64,000 nucleotides of DNA, taken from Candidatus Binataceae bacterium (lineage in GTDB: Bacteria; Desulfobacterota; Binatia; Binatales; Binataceae). Below are positions 41,809 through 51,573 of this stretch, piece after piece. Positions within the stretch are counted from its first letter, which is position 1, and each line of letters starts with the position of its first letter. The translations under genes and the position numbers were made by a program. The DNA lies in NCBI GenBank assembly GCA_024281015.1, contig JAMXLL010000174.1:1318-65317 (forward strand), written 5' to 3'. The notes under the pieces were generated by a model. The model saw nothing but the letters and a program-made list of their open reading frames with translations, made no database searches and was not told where the DNA came from.

Positions 41809-43611
41809 ATGACACGCTTTACAGAGAGCGAAATCGAAGAGGTACGTTCGCGCGCCGATATCCTGGAAATAGTGGGCGTACATGTGCGATTGCGGCGGGC
41901 AGGGCGGAACTTTGTCGGGCTTTGCCCTTTTCATAACGAAAAAACTCCGTCCTTTACCGTTAACCTGGAGCGGGGTTTTTTTCATTGCTTTGGCTGTGGG
42001 GCTGGAGGCACTGTCTTTGACTTTATTATGAAACTCGAGGGCCTGACGTTTCCCGAAGCGCTTCAGTCGCTGGCGCGGCGCTACGGGATTGCGCTGGCTG
42101 AGCGCGGGCTCGCCGGCGAAGCGGGGCGCGGAGCCGATAGTGAACGCGCCCGCATGTTCGCCGCCAACCAACTGGCGGCCGACTTCTACACACACGTACT
42201 GTGGAACACCAGTGATGGTGAAGTTGCGCGCGACTATCTCAAAACCCGCGGCATCACCGGCGACACCGCACGAACCTTCATGCTGGGCTTCGCACCGCCA
42301 CGAACTGCCAACCTCGCAACCACGCTGAATAAGCGTGGCTTGCTCGAACCAGCATTCAAGCTGGGCTTGGCGAGAAGAGATGAGAGCGGAACGGCGTACG
42401 ATATGTTTCGGGGCCGTCTCATGTTTCCGATTCGGGATGTGCAAGGGCGGGTAATCGGGTTCGGCGGACGGGTGCTCGACAACCGATTGCCGAAATACAT
42501 TAATTCGGCAGAATCGATGTTATACAGCAAGGGTTGCGCACTCTACGGCCTGGGGGAAGCCCGTGCAGCTGTTACTAAAGCTGATCGCGCGATCGTGGTT
42601 GAGGGGTACATCGATGCAATCGCACTGTGGCAGGCGGGCTTCAAAGAGACCGTTGCAACACTCGGAACCGCGCTGACTCCCGAACAGCTACGCTTACTTT
42701 CTCGCTATACCCGCAACATCCTGGCATGTTTCGATGGCGACCAAGCCGGGCGCAGCGCGTCATTGCGGGCGCTTGAGGTCTTCCTGCAAGCGGGCCTGCT
42801 GGCACGAGGGGTGTTCATTCCACAGGGTTATGATCCCGACACGTTGGTGCAACAGCGCGGCGCTGCTCACTTCAGTGGTCTGCTTCAACGTTCTGAATTG
42901 TTGATCGAGATGTTTTTGCGCCAACAGGCAGAACTTGCTCCCAAAGGACGCGCCGGGGTGGACGCCCGAGCACGAGTTCTAGCAACCATAGGCGAAAAAC
43001 TGCGACTGATTAAGGATGAATTTCAGTTCAACCTGCTAGTGCGCCAAGCCGTCGATCTCGTCGGCTTCACCGAGCGTGAAGAAGCGGTGCTCCGTCGAGC
43101 GGGGCGCGGCCCGGCGGCGAGAGTCGCTGCGCGCAGCAGTGCGCCCGGCAAGCTGACGGCTGCCCCGGTGCCCCGTGACACTCCCTCGCCCGATGCCGTT
43201 GTGCAGGCTGAATTGGGACTGATTGCGCTGGCTTTGCACCATCCGGAATTGCGTTCGCAGCTAAAATCTCGCAGTTGCCAGGATTTGTTCGTTGATCGGG
43301 AACTAGCGTCGCTACTGGAAGAAGTCTGCACCAGCGATGAATCGTCCGGCGCATTAGACGTTGCCGTGACTTCGCGCCTAGACGAGCACCAGCGTGGATG
43401 GCTGAGCCGGATGGTGATGGGCTCTTCACTGAAGGACAATCCAACAAAAATTTGTTCTTTGATGGAGGATTACGTGGCTGCGCTGGACCAACGACGGCGG
43501 CGCCGCGAAATAGCTCGGTTGCGGGGCGCGGCGTTGGCGGGCAATGGCGATGAAGCCGTTGCAGCGGCCCAGGCGCTGATAGTTGCTCGGCGCCGCGACG
43601 TACAAGCGTAG
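41809..43611 (+). CDS. dnaG: DNA primase
   Basis: Zinc-finger CPFHNEKTPSF...CFGCGAGG, RNA-polymerase core, TOPRIM VVEGYIDA. Confidence 0.95.
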   Translation: MTRFTESEIEEVRSRADILEIVGVHVRLRRAGRNFVGLCPFHNEKTPSFTVNLERGFFHCFGCGAGGTVFDFIMKLEGLTFPEALQSLARRYGIALAERGLAGEAGRGADSERARMFAANQLAADFYTHVLWNTSDGEVARDYLKTRGITGDTARTFMLGFAPPRTANLATTLNKRGLLEPAFKLGLARRDESGTAYDMFRGRLMFPIRDVQGRVIGFGGRVLDNRLPKYINSAESMLYSKGCALYGLGEARAAVTKADRAIVVEGYIDAIALWQAGFKETVATLGTALTPEQLRLLSRYTRNILACFDGDQAGRSASLRALEVFLQAGLLARGVFIPQGYDPDTLVQQRGAAHFSGLLQRSELLIEMFLRQQAELAPKGRAGVDARARVLATIGEKLRLIKDEFQFNLLVRQAVDLVGFTEREEAVLRRAGRGPAARVAARSSAPGKLTAAPVPRDTPSPDAVVQAELGLIALALHHPELRSQLKSRSCQDLFVDRELASLLEEVCTSDESSGALDVAVTSRLDEHQRGWLSRMVMGSSLKDNPTKICSLMEDYVAALDQRRRRREIARLRGAALAGNGDEAVAAAQALIVARRRDVQA

Positions 43612-43662
43612 CGACCTGCTGAATTCTACCTCATCCTCTCATTATCGTCTCATTAGCGGGAC

Positions 43663-43691
43663 TTAAACGACTGGGACAAAGCTGCTATGAT
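43663..43691 (+). promoter_or_regulatory. Candidate promoter for the tRNA (TTAAAC-17 nt-TATGAT)
   Basis: -10 TATGAT at 43686-43691 lies 27 nt upstream of the mature tRNA 5' end. The -35 is a weaker match. Confidence 0.35.
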
Positions 43692-43717
43692 GGTGGCGCT
43701 GCTACATGAGTTCCCGC

Positions 43718-43793
43718 GGGCCCATAGCTCAGCCAGGTTCAGAGCTGCCGGCTCATAACCGGCTGGTCCCAGGTTCAAATCCTGGTGGGCCCA
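43718..43793 (+). tRNA. tRNA with anticodon CAT (elongator Met, or Ile2 after lysidine modification); CCA not encoded
   Basis: Hand-folded cloverleaf: acceptor GGGCCCA/TGGGCCC, D arm GCTC/GAGC, anticodon arm GCCGG-CTCATAA-CCGGC, variable loop TGGTC, T arm CCAGG-TTCAAAT-CCTGG, discriminator A. G1:C72 excludes an initiator. Confidence 0.9.
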
Positions 43794-43869
43794 CTTGTTC
43801 AATGTTCTTACCCGGAAGCCGGCCTAAACTAATAATCTCGCCGCGTGTGGCTGTGCCGCCGGTCCCCTA

Positions 43870-44598
43870 TTGGAGGTTGCATTGCGTGAGGAAATAGCCC
43901 GGCTAATGAGTCTGCAGGCGATTGATCGCGAATTGCGTGACCTCGAACAAGCACTCGCCTCAGTCGCCGGACGGGTCGAGCAGCTTCGCCTCGATGTCGA
44001 CAAGCAGCAATCCGAATTAGATAAGCTCGCCGCCGACGAGCAACAAAGCGCCATGGTCCGGCGTCAGCTCGAAAAGGAACTTGCAGAAGGCGAAGCCCGG
44101 ATTCGAAACAAGCGGATGAGGCTGAACCAGGCGCGCAACGACAAAGAACTACAAGCGCTCGCTCACGAGGTAGAAACGCAAAAAGAGGCCAACCAGCGCT
44201 TTGAAGCCGAACTGCTGGGTCTCATGGAAGCTTCAGAACCACGTGCCGCGCGCATCGCTGAACTCACCCCTCTACTACAACGGCTCATGGCCGAATTGAA
44301 CGAAGCCGAAAAGGAGATCGCCGCCCAGGTCGAAGACTTCAAGATCTCGATAGCCAAGCAGCGCCTGGAGCGCGACCTGATGGCAGGTAATCTCGATCAC
44401 GGACTGCTACAGCGATACGAGATGATATTCAACAGGCGTAACGGCCTGGCGGTGGCGGAAGCCCGCGGCGGGACGTGTCAGGGTTGTCGGATGCGACTGC
44501 CGCCGCAGCTTTACAACCAGATTCAGCGGCACGACTCGATTCATTTCTGTCCAAACTGCCAGCGGATCCTTTATCATGAAGGCGAGCGTAATGGGTGA
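43870..44598 (+). CDS. Coiled-coil protein with a C-terminal C4 zinc ribbon (COG1579-like)
   Basis: Long heptad-rich region followed by CQGCRMRL...CPNCQRIL. The start is uncertain: TTG 43870, or TTG 43882 behind GGAGG. Confidence 0.7.
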   Translation: MEVALREEIARLMSLQAIDRELRDLEQALASVAGRVEQLRLDVDKQQSELDKLAADEQQSAMVRRQLEKELAEGEARIRNKRMRLNQARNDKELQALAHEVETQKEANQRFEAELLGLMEASEPRAARIAELTPLLQRLMAELNEAEKEIAAQVEDFKISIAKQRLERDLMAGNLDHGLLQRYEMIFNRRNGLAVAEARGGTCQGCRMRLPPQLYNQIQRHDSIHFCPNCQRILYHEGERNG

Positions 44599-44905
44599 CG
44601 CGCCGCAGCAGTTTATCTATTTTCTGCGCGCGAAGCGGCTCGAGATGCTGACCAATGGTCCGACTGCCGAAGAAGCGCGTATTCAGACTGAACATGGCAA
44701 CTACCTGGCAGGGCTGGCCGCGCGCGGCGTCGTGATTCTCGCAGGGCGTACCACTAACAACGATGAGACAACCGTCGGTATCGTGATCATAAATGCGCCC
44801 GACCTGACCGCCGCACAGGAGATTATGGAGCGTGACCCTTTCGTCAAAAGCAGCTTGATGACGGCTGCCCTTTTTCCCTTTCGGGTCGTTAATAGATCCG
44901 GATAG
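44591..44905 (+). CDS. YciI-family protein
   Basis: FIYFLRAK...H..YL..L...G.VILAGRT...G.VII.A.....A.....DPF pattern. The ATG overlaps the previous stop (ATGGGTGA). Confidence 0.65.
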   Translation: MGDAPQQFIYFLRAKRLEMLTNGPTAEEARIQTEHGNYLAGLAARGVVILAGRTTNNDETTVGIVIINAPDLTAAQEIMERDPFVKSSLMTAALFPFRVVNRSG

Positions 44906-45057
44906 CCATCCTGCTCGCCTCACCCTAGGCGCGCCGTTCTGCAAACTTGAGGAATGCCGACTGCGTCTTCCCCGCGGACCTTATGGCAGCGACCACGGCC
45001 TGCTACCATGGCTGGTACATCTTTGGTCTCCGGTGATCTCCTCGAGTTGGCCGGCCG

Positions 45058-46077
45058 ATGCGCCTGAGCGAACTAGACTACGAACTACCGCCTGAGTTGA
45101 TCGCCCAGCATCCGCTTGAGCAGCGCGTGCAGGCACGGCTGCTGGTCATCCAGCGGCAGAGCGGCACTTTAATCCATTCGCGTTTTTATAAACTTCCTCG
45201 CGAATTGCGGGAAGGTGACCTGTTGGTTTTGAACGATACCCGGGTTATTCCTGCCCGGCTGATAGCGCATAAAGAGTCAGGTGGCGCCGTCGAAGTGTTA
45301 TTGGTCAGGCCGCACGAAGAGCTGCCGCAACAATGGGAGGCGCTGGTCCGCGCGCATCGGCCGTTGCGTATCGGTACGCGATTGGTTTTGGATGGTGGTG
45401 GTACGCTAACGATTGTTGGGCAATGCCGCGCGGGACGGGTGGTGGTAGAAAGCGCCGACTCGACTTCGATTGAGGACATCATGGCGCAAGTGGGAACGCC
45501 GGCGCTCCCTCACTACATTCGGCGCGCGCCAACTGCTGCCGATCTCACCGAATACCAGACGGTTTACGCTGCGAAACCGGGTGCGATTGCAGCACCAACC
45601 GCCGGGGTCCACTTCACACCTGAACTCCTGGGCCAACTCGAAGAGATGGGCATCCGTGCAACTTTCATGACGTTGCATATTGGCCCGGGCACGTTTACCC
45701 CTTTGCGGGCGCAGCAGGTCGAGCACCATTCAATGGAGGCGGAATGGTATACAATTCCCGACTCGGCCGTGCGCGCGATAGAACTGGCGCGGCGGACCGG
45801 CGGGCGAGTAATTGCAGTTGGAACCAGTACCGTTCGCGCTCTCGAATCCTACGCGATTACGGGCGACTGTGAAGGATTCACCGGGCTCTTTATTTTCCCG
45901 GGCTTCCGTTTCAAGCTGGTTGATGCGATGGTGACCAATTTCCATATGCCCCGCAGCACAGTGCTGGCGCTCGTGATGGCGCTCGGTGGTCGCGACCTAA
46001 TCCTCCGCGCATACGCTGAGGCAATTCGCCATCGCTATCGTTTTCTGAGCTACGGCGACGCCATGCTCATTTTGTGA
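45058..46077 (+). CDS. queA: S-adenosylmethionine:tRNA ribosyltransferase-isomerase
   Basis: L.ELDYELPPELIAQHP, LNDTRVIPARL, TVGAGTF-like HIGPGTF, SYGDAMLI. Confidence 0.95.
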   Translation: MRLSELDYELPPELIAQHPLEQRVQARLLVIQRQSGTLIHSRFYKLPRELREGDLLVLNDTRVIPARLIAHKESGGAVEVLLVRPHEELPQQWEALVRAHRPLRIGTRLVLDGGGTLTIVGQCRAGRVVVESADSTSIEDIMAQVGTPALPHYIRRAPTAADLTEYQTVYAAKPGAIAAPTAGVHFTPELLGQLEEMGIRATFMTLHIGPGTFTPLRAQQVEHHSMEAEWYTIPDSAVRAIELARRTGGRVIAVGTSTVRALESYAITGDCEGFTGLFIFPGFRFKLVDAMVTNFHMPRSTVLALVMALGGRDLILRAYAEAIRHRYRFLSYGDAMLIL

Positions 46078-47235
<1,158 letters not shown>

Positions 47236-47236
47236 C

Positions 47237-47602
47237 ATGCTGTTTGCAGCGATCGCCTGGGCACAATCAACTTCGTCGACCGGTCAGCCGCAAGCCTTGT
47301 TCGATCAGTTGTTGACGAATCCGGTTGTGCCCATCGTACTGATCTTCGGCGTGATGTATTTTTTGTTCATTCGGCCGCAGAGCAAAAAGGCCAGCGATCA
47401 TCAAAAGATGCTGGCCGCGCTCAAGCGCAATGATGAAGTCGTGACCACTGGAGGCCTCATCGGCAGAATTGCTGAATTGAGTGATAAACTGGTTACCCTC
47501 GAAATTGCACCCAATGTCCGGGTGCGAGTCGAACGTAATCAGATTGCTGCGATTTCGAGCTATGGGCGGACGCCACGGCGGGAGAAGGGCGAGCAATCCT
47601 GA
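47237..47602 (+). CDS. yajC: Preprotein translocase subunit YajC
   Basis: VLIFGVMYFLFIRPQSKK...LKRNDEVVTTGGLIGRI. ATG 47237 immediately follows the tgt stop. Confidence 0.9.
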   Translation: MLFAAIAWAQSTSSTGQPQALFDQLLTNPVVPIVLIFGVMYFLFIRPQSKKASDHQKMLAALKRNDEVVTTGGLIGRIAELSDKLVTLEIAPNVRVRVERNQIAAISSYGRTPRREKGEQS

Positions 47603-47635
47603 GCCTCAAGCGCACACATTGCTCCTGGTAGGAAA

Positions 47636-49294
47636 ATGGAAGGTGCAACTCAGAATCCAATTACCATTGTAACCTTGCTGGTACTGGCTGGGATCTTTTT
47701 GTGGCTCCATTTCACGAACGGCAGCGGCACACTACGGCTGTGGCTCGCCGGGGGGCTGGTTGCTGCGGCAGTTATTCTTTTGCTGCCGAGCCTCCAGTTT
47801 TCCTTACCCGCTTGGATGCAACCATTAGATTCACTGCCGAAAATCGAGCTTGGGCTGGACCTCCAGGGCGGAACTCACCTGTTACTGGAAGTAAAGCTCC
47901 AAGAGGCGGTAAAGACCTCGTTGCGCCGGCGCGGTGATGATATCGCCCGGGAAACCAAGGACAACAAGCTGACACCGCCCCAGATTAGTCAAAATCACAA
48001 CGGTTCACTGGTCATCAAGCTTACCGATCCCACCGAACGGTCAGCGTTTCAGGACCTCATGGGCCGGGCCTTTCCAGACCTGACTGTGGCGCCGGCCGCG
48101 GGTGGCACCGGTATCTATGAGGCGAATTTCACCCAGCCCGAAGCAGTACAGATTCGTTCGAACGCGATGGATCAGGCGCTGGAAACGATTCGGAACCGGA
48201 TCGATCAACTCGGCGTACGCGAGACCACCGTCGCCCGCGAGGGCGATAATGACATCCTGGTGCAATTACCCGGCATCCAGGACCCCGAGCGTGCGAAAGA
48301 GCTAATCGGGAAAACTGCTGTACTCGAGTTCAAGTTGCTCGACGACAAGCATCCTGTGGCCGATGCTGTCCGAGAGGGGGCGCCTCCCGGTGATGGAATC
48401 CTCTATGGACCGCCCCAGGCCGGCGGCCCTACGCCGTACCTGGTCGAAGCGCCGGTGCTGATGACAGGCGATGTAGTGACAGACGCCCGGGTACGTGAAG
48501 GCGGCCGCATGGAAGGGCCTTACGTCGAAGTTCGCCTGAATCGACGTGGCACCGATATCTTCGCTGCGCTGACCGCGCAGAACGTTGGCCGTAACCTCGC
48601 TATTGTCCTGGATAACACCGTTTATTCGGCGCCGGTGATCAAAGAGCCGATCCCCGGAGGGGATGTGCAAATCACCGGTAATTTTTCATTCGAAGAGGCG
48701 CACAACCTCGCGATCGTGTTGCGGTCGGGCTCGTTGCCGGCCCCCGTCGAGATTATTGAAGAACGTACTGTCGGGCCGTCGTTGGGCCGTGATTCAATAC
48801 GGCAAGGTGAACTGTCCTTCGTCGTGGGTGCGATCGCCGTCCTGGCCTTTATGGCCGTTTATTACAACGGCGCCGGGCTCCTGGCCGACCTTGGCTTGGT
48901 TCTCAACATTCTATTGCTGGTATGTGTCATGGCCGCCCTTCAGGCGACATTAACCTTGCCCGGTATCGCTGGAATCGTCCTTACCCTGGGAATGTCCGTC
49001 GATGCCAACGTGCTGGTCAACGAACGAATGCGTGAGGAATTGCGCGCCGGGAAATCACCACGTGAGGCGGTCAAGACCGGATACGAGCGGGCTTGGTCTG
49101 CAATTCGTGATTCCAATATCTCGACCTTCGTCGCCGGCCTGATTTTGTTTCAATTTGGGACCGGTCCGGTCAAAGGCTTTGCCGTAACCCTGTGCGTGGG
49201 CGTCTTGACAGGTGTCTTCTCGTGCTTCGTGGTGACTCGAGCGTGGTATGACTGGAAGATTTCAATGAGACGCTTAAACGCTATTAGCGTGTAA
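47636..49294 (+). CDS. secD: Protein-export membrane protein SecD
   Basis: N-terminal TM, large periplasmic domain (LGLDLQGG, VLEFKL, AIVLDN.VYSAP), C-terminal five-TM bundle (LTLPGIAGIVLTLGMSVDANVL). Confidence 0.95.
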   Translation: MEGATQNPITIVTLLVLAGIFLWLHFTNGSGTLRLWLAGGLVAAAVILLLPSLQFSLPAWMQPLDSLPKIELGLDLQGGTHLLLEVKLQEAVKTSLRRRGDDIARETKDNKLTPPQISQNHNGSLVIKLTDPTERSAFQDLMGRAFPDLTVAPAAGGTGIYEANFTQPEAVQIRSNAMDQALETIRNRIDQLGVRETTVAREGDNDILVQLPGIQDPERAKELIGKTAVLEFKLLDDKHPVADAVREGAPPGDGILYGPPQAGGPTPYLVEAPVLMTGDVVTDARVREGGRMEGPYVEVRLNRRGTDIFAALTAQNVGRNLAIVLDNTVYSAPVIKEPIPGGDVQITGNFSFEEAHNLAIVLRSGSLPAPVEIIEERTVGPSLGRDSIRQGELSFVVGAIAVLAFMAVYYNGAGLLADLGLVLNILLLVCVMAALQATLTLPGIAGIVLTLGMSVDANVLVNERMREELRAGKSPREAVKTGYERAWSAIRDSNISTFVAGLILFQFGTGPVKGFAVTLCVGVLTGVFSCFVVTRAWYDWKISMRRLNAISV

Positions 49295-49494
49295 TTAGCG
49301 GCTTTGAGCAGATAAAACGCATCTCGGCAAAAGACAAATTTGTTCCCAATGCAGCATGCTTAGTTGTTGATCAACTTGCCGATGCCATTAAGCTATTTCC
49401 AGAGCGTGTTCTCGTGTGAGTTCACTGGTAATAGTTGACTTGGCCGATTCGCGCGTATTAGAAAAACCGCGACTCGGAGGTGGGGCGGAACAAG

Positions 49495-49689
49495 ATGACC
49501 GATAAGGACGATATTGTGCTCAATTCCCGTGAGGTCGCATTTCTTCTCGACCTCAGCCCCGACACGGTCAACGAACTCGCGCGCCGCAACATTCTGCCGG
49601 GGTTTAAGAAAGGCCGCCAATGGCGCTTTCGCAAGCGAGACATTGCATCGTTCAAACGCCATCTCCGGGGCGTCAGTGCGGCAGCCTGA
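49495..49689 (+). CDS. Excisionase-family (HTH_17/MerR-like) DNA-binding protein
   Basis: LNSREVAFLLDLSPDTVNELARRNILPGFKKGRQWRFRKRDI matches the helix-turn-helix excisionase fold. The start is ATG 49495 or GTG 49480. Confidence 0.6.
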   Translation: MTDKDDIVLNSREVAFLLDLSPDTVNELARRNILPGFKKGRQWRFRKRDIASFKRHLRGVSAAA

Positions 49690-49755
49690 AAGCCCATCAA
49701 ACGAGAAATCGATAAAACCTGAACTGCTTGGCACTGCTTCCGAGGCTTCAAATCA

Positions 49756-50373
49756 ATGTCCGAACCGCACCAGAGCCGCGTCTACTCAGATCTGTCCTAC
49801 CTCTACGATTCAATTTTTGGCCGCGCTTTCGTCGATCACGAACAGCAAGTGATTGAGTCCCTAAGCTTCCGTCCGGGGCAGCAGGTCCTTGAGCTTGGGG
49901 TCGGCACTGGGATTTCGCTGGGGGCCTACCCGCCTTATGTGCGGGTCATTGGTATCGATCCCTCTGACGACATGCTCGCGCACGCGATAGCCAAGCTCCA
50001 GGGCAACGGCACCGGTCATATCGAATTGCGCAAAGGTGACGCGCAACAATTGGATTTCCCCGATAACAGCTTCGATTGGGTCACCAGTTTCCACGTAATG
50101 ACCGTCGTGCCACAACCACGCCGAATGATGGACGAAATGGTGCGAGTGTGTAAACCGGGAGGAAGAGTTGTTCTGGTCAGTCACTTCGCCAGTCCCAAAC
50201 CGCTGCTCTATTTTATGGGGACAATGGTCAATCCCTTAACTAAATTGCTCGGCTGGACCACGCGCCTACGGGCCGCCGATGTGTTAGATGGCCAACCAAT
50301 AACGGTTGAACGCCAAGAACCTCTGACACGTCTGTCGATCCATTACGCAATCGTCGCGCGCAAGGATAGCTGA
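49756..50373 (+). CDS. Class I SAM-dependent methyltransferase (phospholipid N-methyltransferase PmtA-like)
   Basis: SAM motif I VLELGVGTG, and a YLYDSIFGRAF N-terminal block reminiscent of Rhodobacter-type PmtA. 205 aa. Confidence 0.65.
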   Translation: MSEPHQSRVYSDLSYLYDSIFGRAFVDHEQQVIESLSFRPGQQVLELGVGTGISLGAYPPYVRVIGIDPSDDMLAHAIAKLQGNGTGHIELRKGDAQQLDFPDNSFDWVTSFHVMTVVPQPRRMMDEMVRVCKPGGRVVLVSHFASPKPLLYFMGTMVNPLTKLLGWTTRLRAADVLDGQPITVERQEPLTRLSIHYAIVARKDS

Positions 50374-50405
50374 CCAGCTGCATGTGCCATCGCCTCGCGA
50401 GCAAG

Positions 50406-51134
50406 ATGCAGTACCTGACTGCGGTCGCGGCGTGTCTAATCTTGTTTGGCGCGACCACCGTGTACCCGTACCAAACGGAGCATGTGACTGATGGAGGAGT
50501 GATCAACGGGGTGATAAGTTATGGCGGTCCTCCGGTATCACCGCCGCAGTTGGCAATCACTAAGGATCGTGAGGTTTGCGGCACCGCAGCTATCTATGAT
50601 CCGTCGTTGAGCGTGGGGCGCGATCACGGTTTAGCGAACGTGGTCGTCACCCTCGCGGACATAAGAAAAGGAGAGCCGCTAACGCCCGCGCCAGCCGTCC
50701 GCTTTGACCAGAAAGGCTGCCGCTACATCCCGCATGTTGCCGTGTTCCCGGCCGGCAGCACCGTCGTCATTCTTAATTCTGACGGCATTCTGCACAATAT
50801 CCATACGGAATCGACTGTCAATCCCGTCATCGATCTGGCTCAACCAGGATTCAAGAAGCAAATTCGCGTGACCGTCGACCAACCTGAAATAATCAAGGTC
50901 ACGTGTGACGCTCACAACTGGATGGAGGGCTGGTGGTACGTGACCTCCAACCCCTACTATGCGATAACCGACAACCACGGCCGTTATGCCATCCACGACG
51001 TGCCCCCCGGAACCTACACACTGCGAGTTTGGCATGAGCGGTTAGGCACACTTTCTCAGCGGGTGACGGTCCGGCCCAATGCGGAAGTGATTGCAAACTT
51101 CACCCTTAAGCCTATGGCGCATCAAAGATCCTGA
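50406..51134 (+). CDS. Secreted cupredoxin-like domain fused to a CarboxypepD_reg-like domain
   Basis: Signal MQYLTAVAACLILFGATTV, a plastocyanin-like LNSDGILHNIH and C-x2-H-x2-M (CDAHNWM). C-terminal TDNHGRYAIHDVPPGTYTLRVWHE is typical of carboxypeptidase-regulatory-like folds. Confidence 0.6.
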   Translation: MQYLTAVAACLILFGATTVYPYQTEHVTDGGVINGVISYGGPPVSPPQLAITKDREVCGTAAIYDPSLSVGRDHGLANVVVTLADIRKGEPLTPAPAVRFDQKGCRYIPHVAVFPAGSTVVILNSDGILHNIHTESTVNPVIDLAQPGFKKQIRVTVDQPEIIKVTCDAHNWMEGWWYVTSNPYYAITDNHGRYAIHDVPPGTYTLRVWHERLGTLSQRVTVRPNAEVIANFTLKPMAHQRS

Positions 51135-51210
51135 CTAGGACACACCAAGTGCCCCCATATTTGGATGGCGAAGGAACTACTGAGCAGACCGCGTCGAGCC
51201 GCGTAAGAAC

Positions 51211-51573
51211 ATGATCAAACGCTTCGATCGACTGGATATTGCGACCACCGATATCGCTGACGCGGCCGCTACGTATCAGAAGAACTTTGATTTCGAGGTT
51301 CAGCAGTCCGGCAATGAGGCCATCATCGTGATTGGCGAGGCGCAGATCAGGCTGTGCTCTGGTCCGTCAGTTGCGGACGCGATTTCGGCTTCCGGGGAAG
51401 GGCTCGCTTCTATATGGCTGGAAGCGGAGGATGTCGAAACGGTAGTCGAAGAGCTGAGACGCGCGAACATCGCGGTTTCTCCGATACGGGTTGAAGACAA
51501 TCGCCGCATACTCGCGATAAATCCCCACTCTGCCAACATGGTGCCGCTCTTTATCTTCGATCGACTACGTTAG
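51211..51573 (+). CDS. VOC (glyoxalase/bleomycin-resistance-like) family protein
   Basis: 120 aa with beta-alpha-beta-beta-beta-like periodicity: FDRLDIATTDI...Y...F, and IWLEAEDVE.VVEEL. A weak motif-level call. Confidence 0.45.
   Translation: MIKRFDRLDIATTDIADAAATYQKNFDFEVQQSGNEAIIVIGEAQIRLCSGPSVADAISASGEGLASIWLEAEDVETVVEELRRANIAVSPIRVEDNRRILAINPHSANMVPLFIFDRLR

Noticed and set aside
43718-43869. tRNA as an integration hotspot for a genomic island
   Set aside because: No integrase, no repeated copy of the tRNA 3' end that I could spot downstream, and the following genes (zinc-ribbon protein, YciI, queA, tgt) are core-like.
49495-49689. Excisionase-like HTH as proof of a prophage or ICE
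   Set aside because: No integrase, recombinase, structural or conjugation genes anywhere in the window. It is treated only as a weak hint at a rearrangement boundary.
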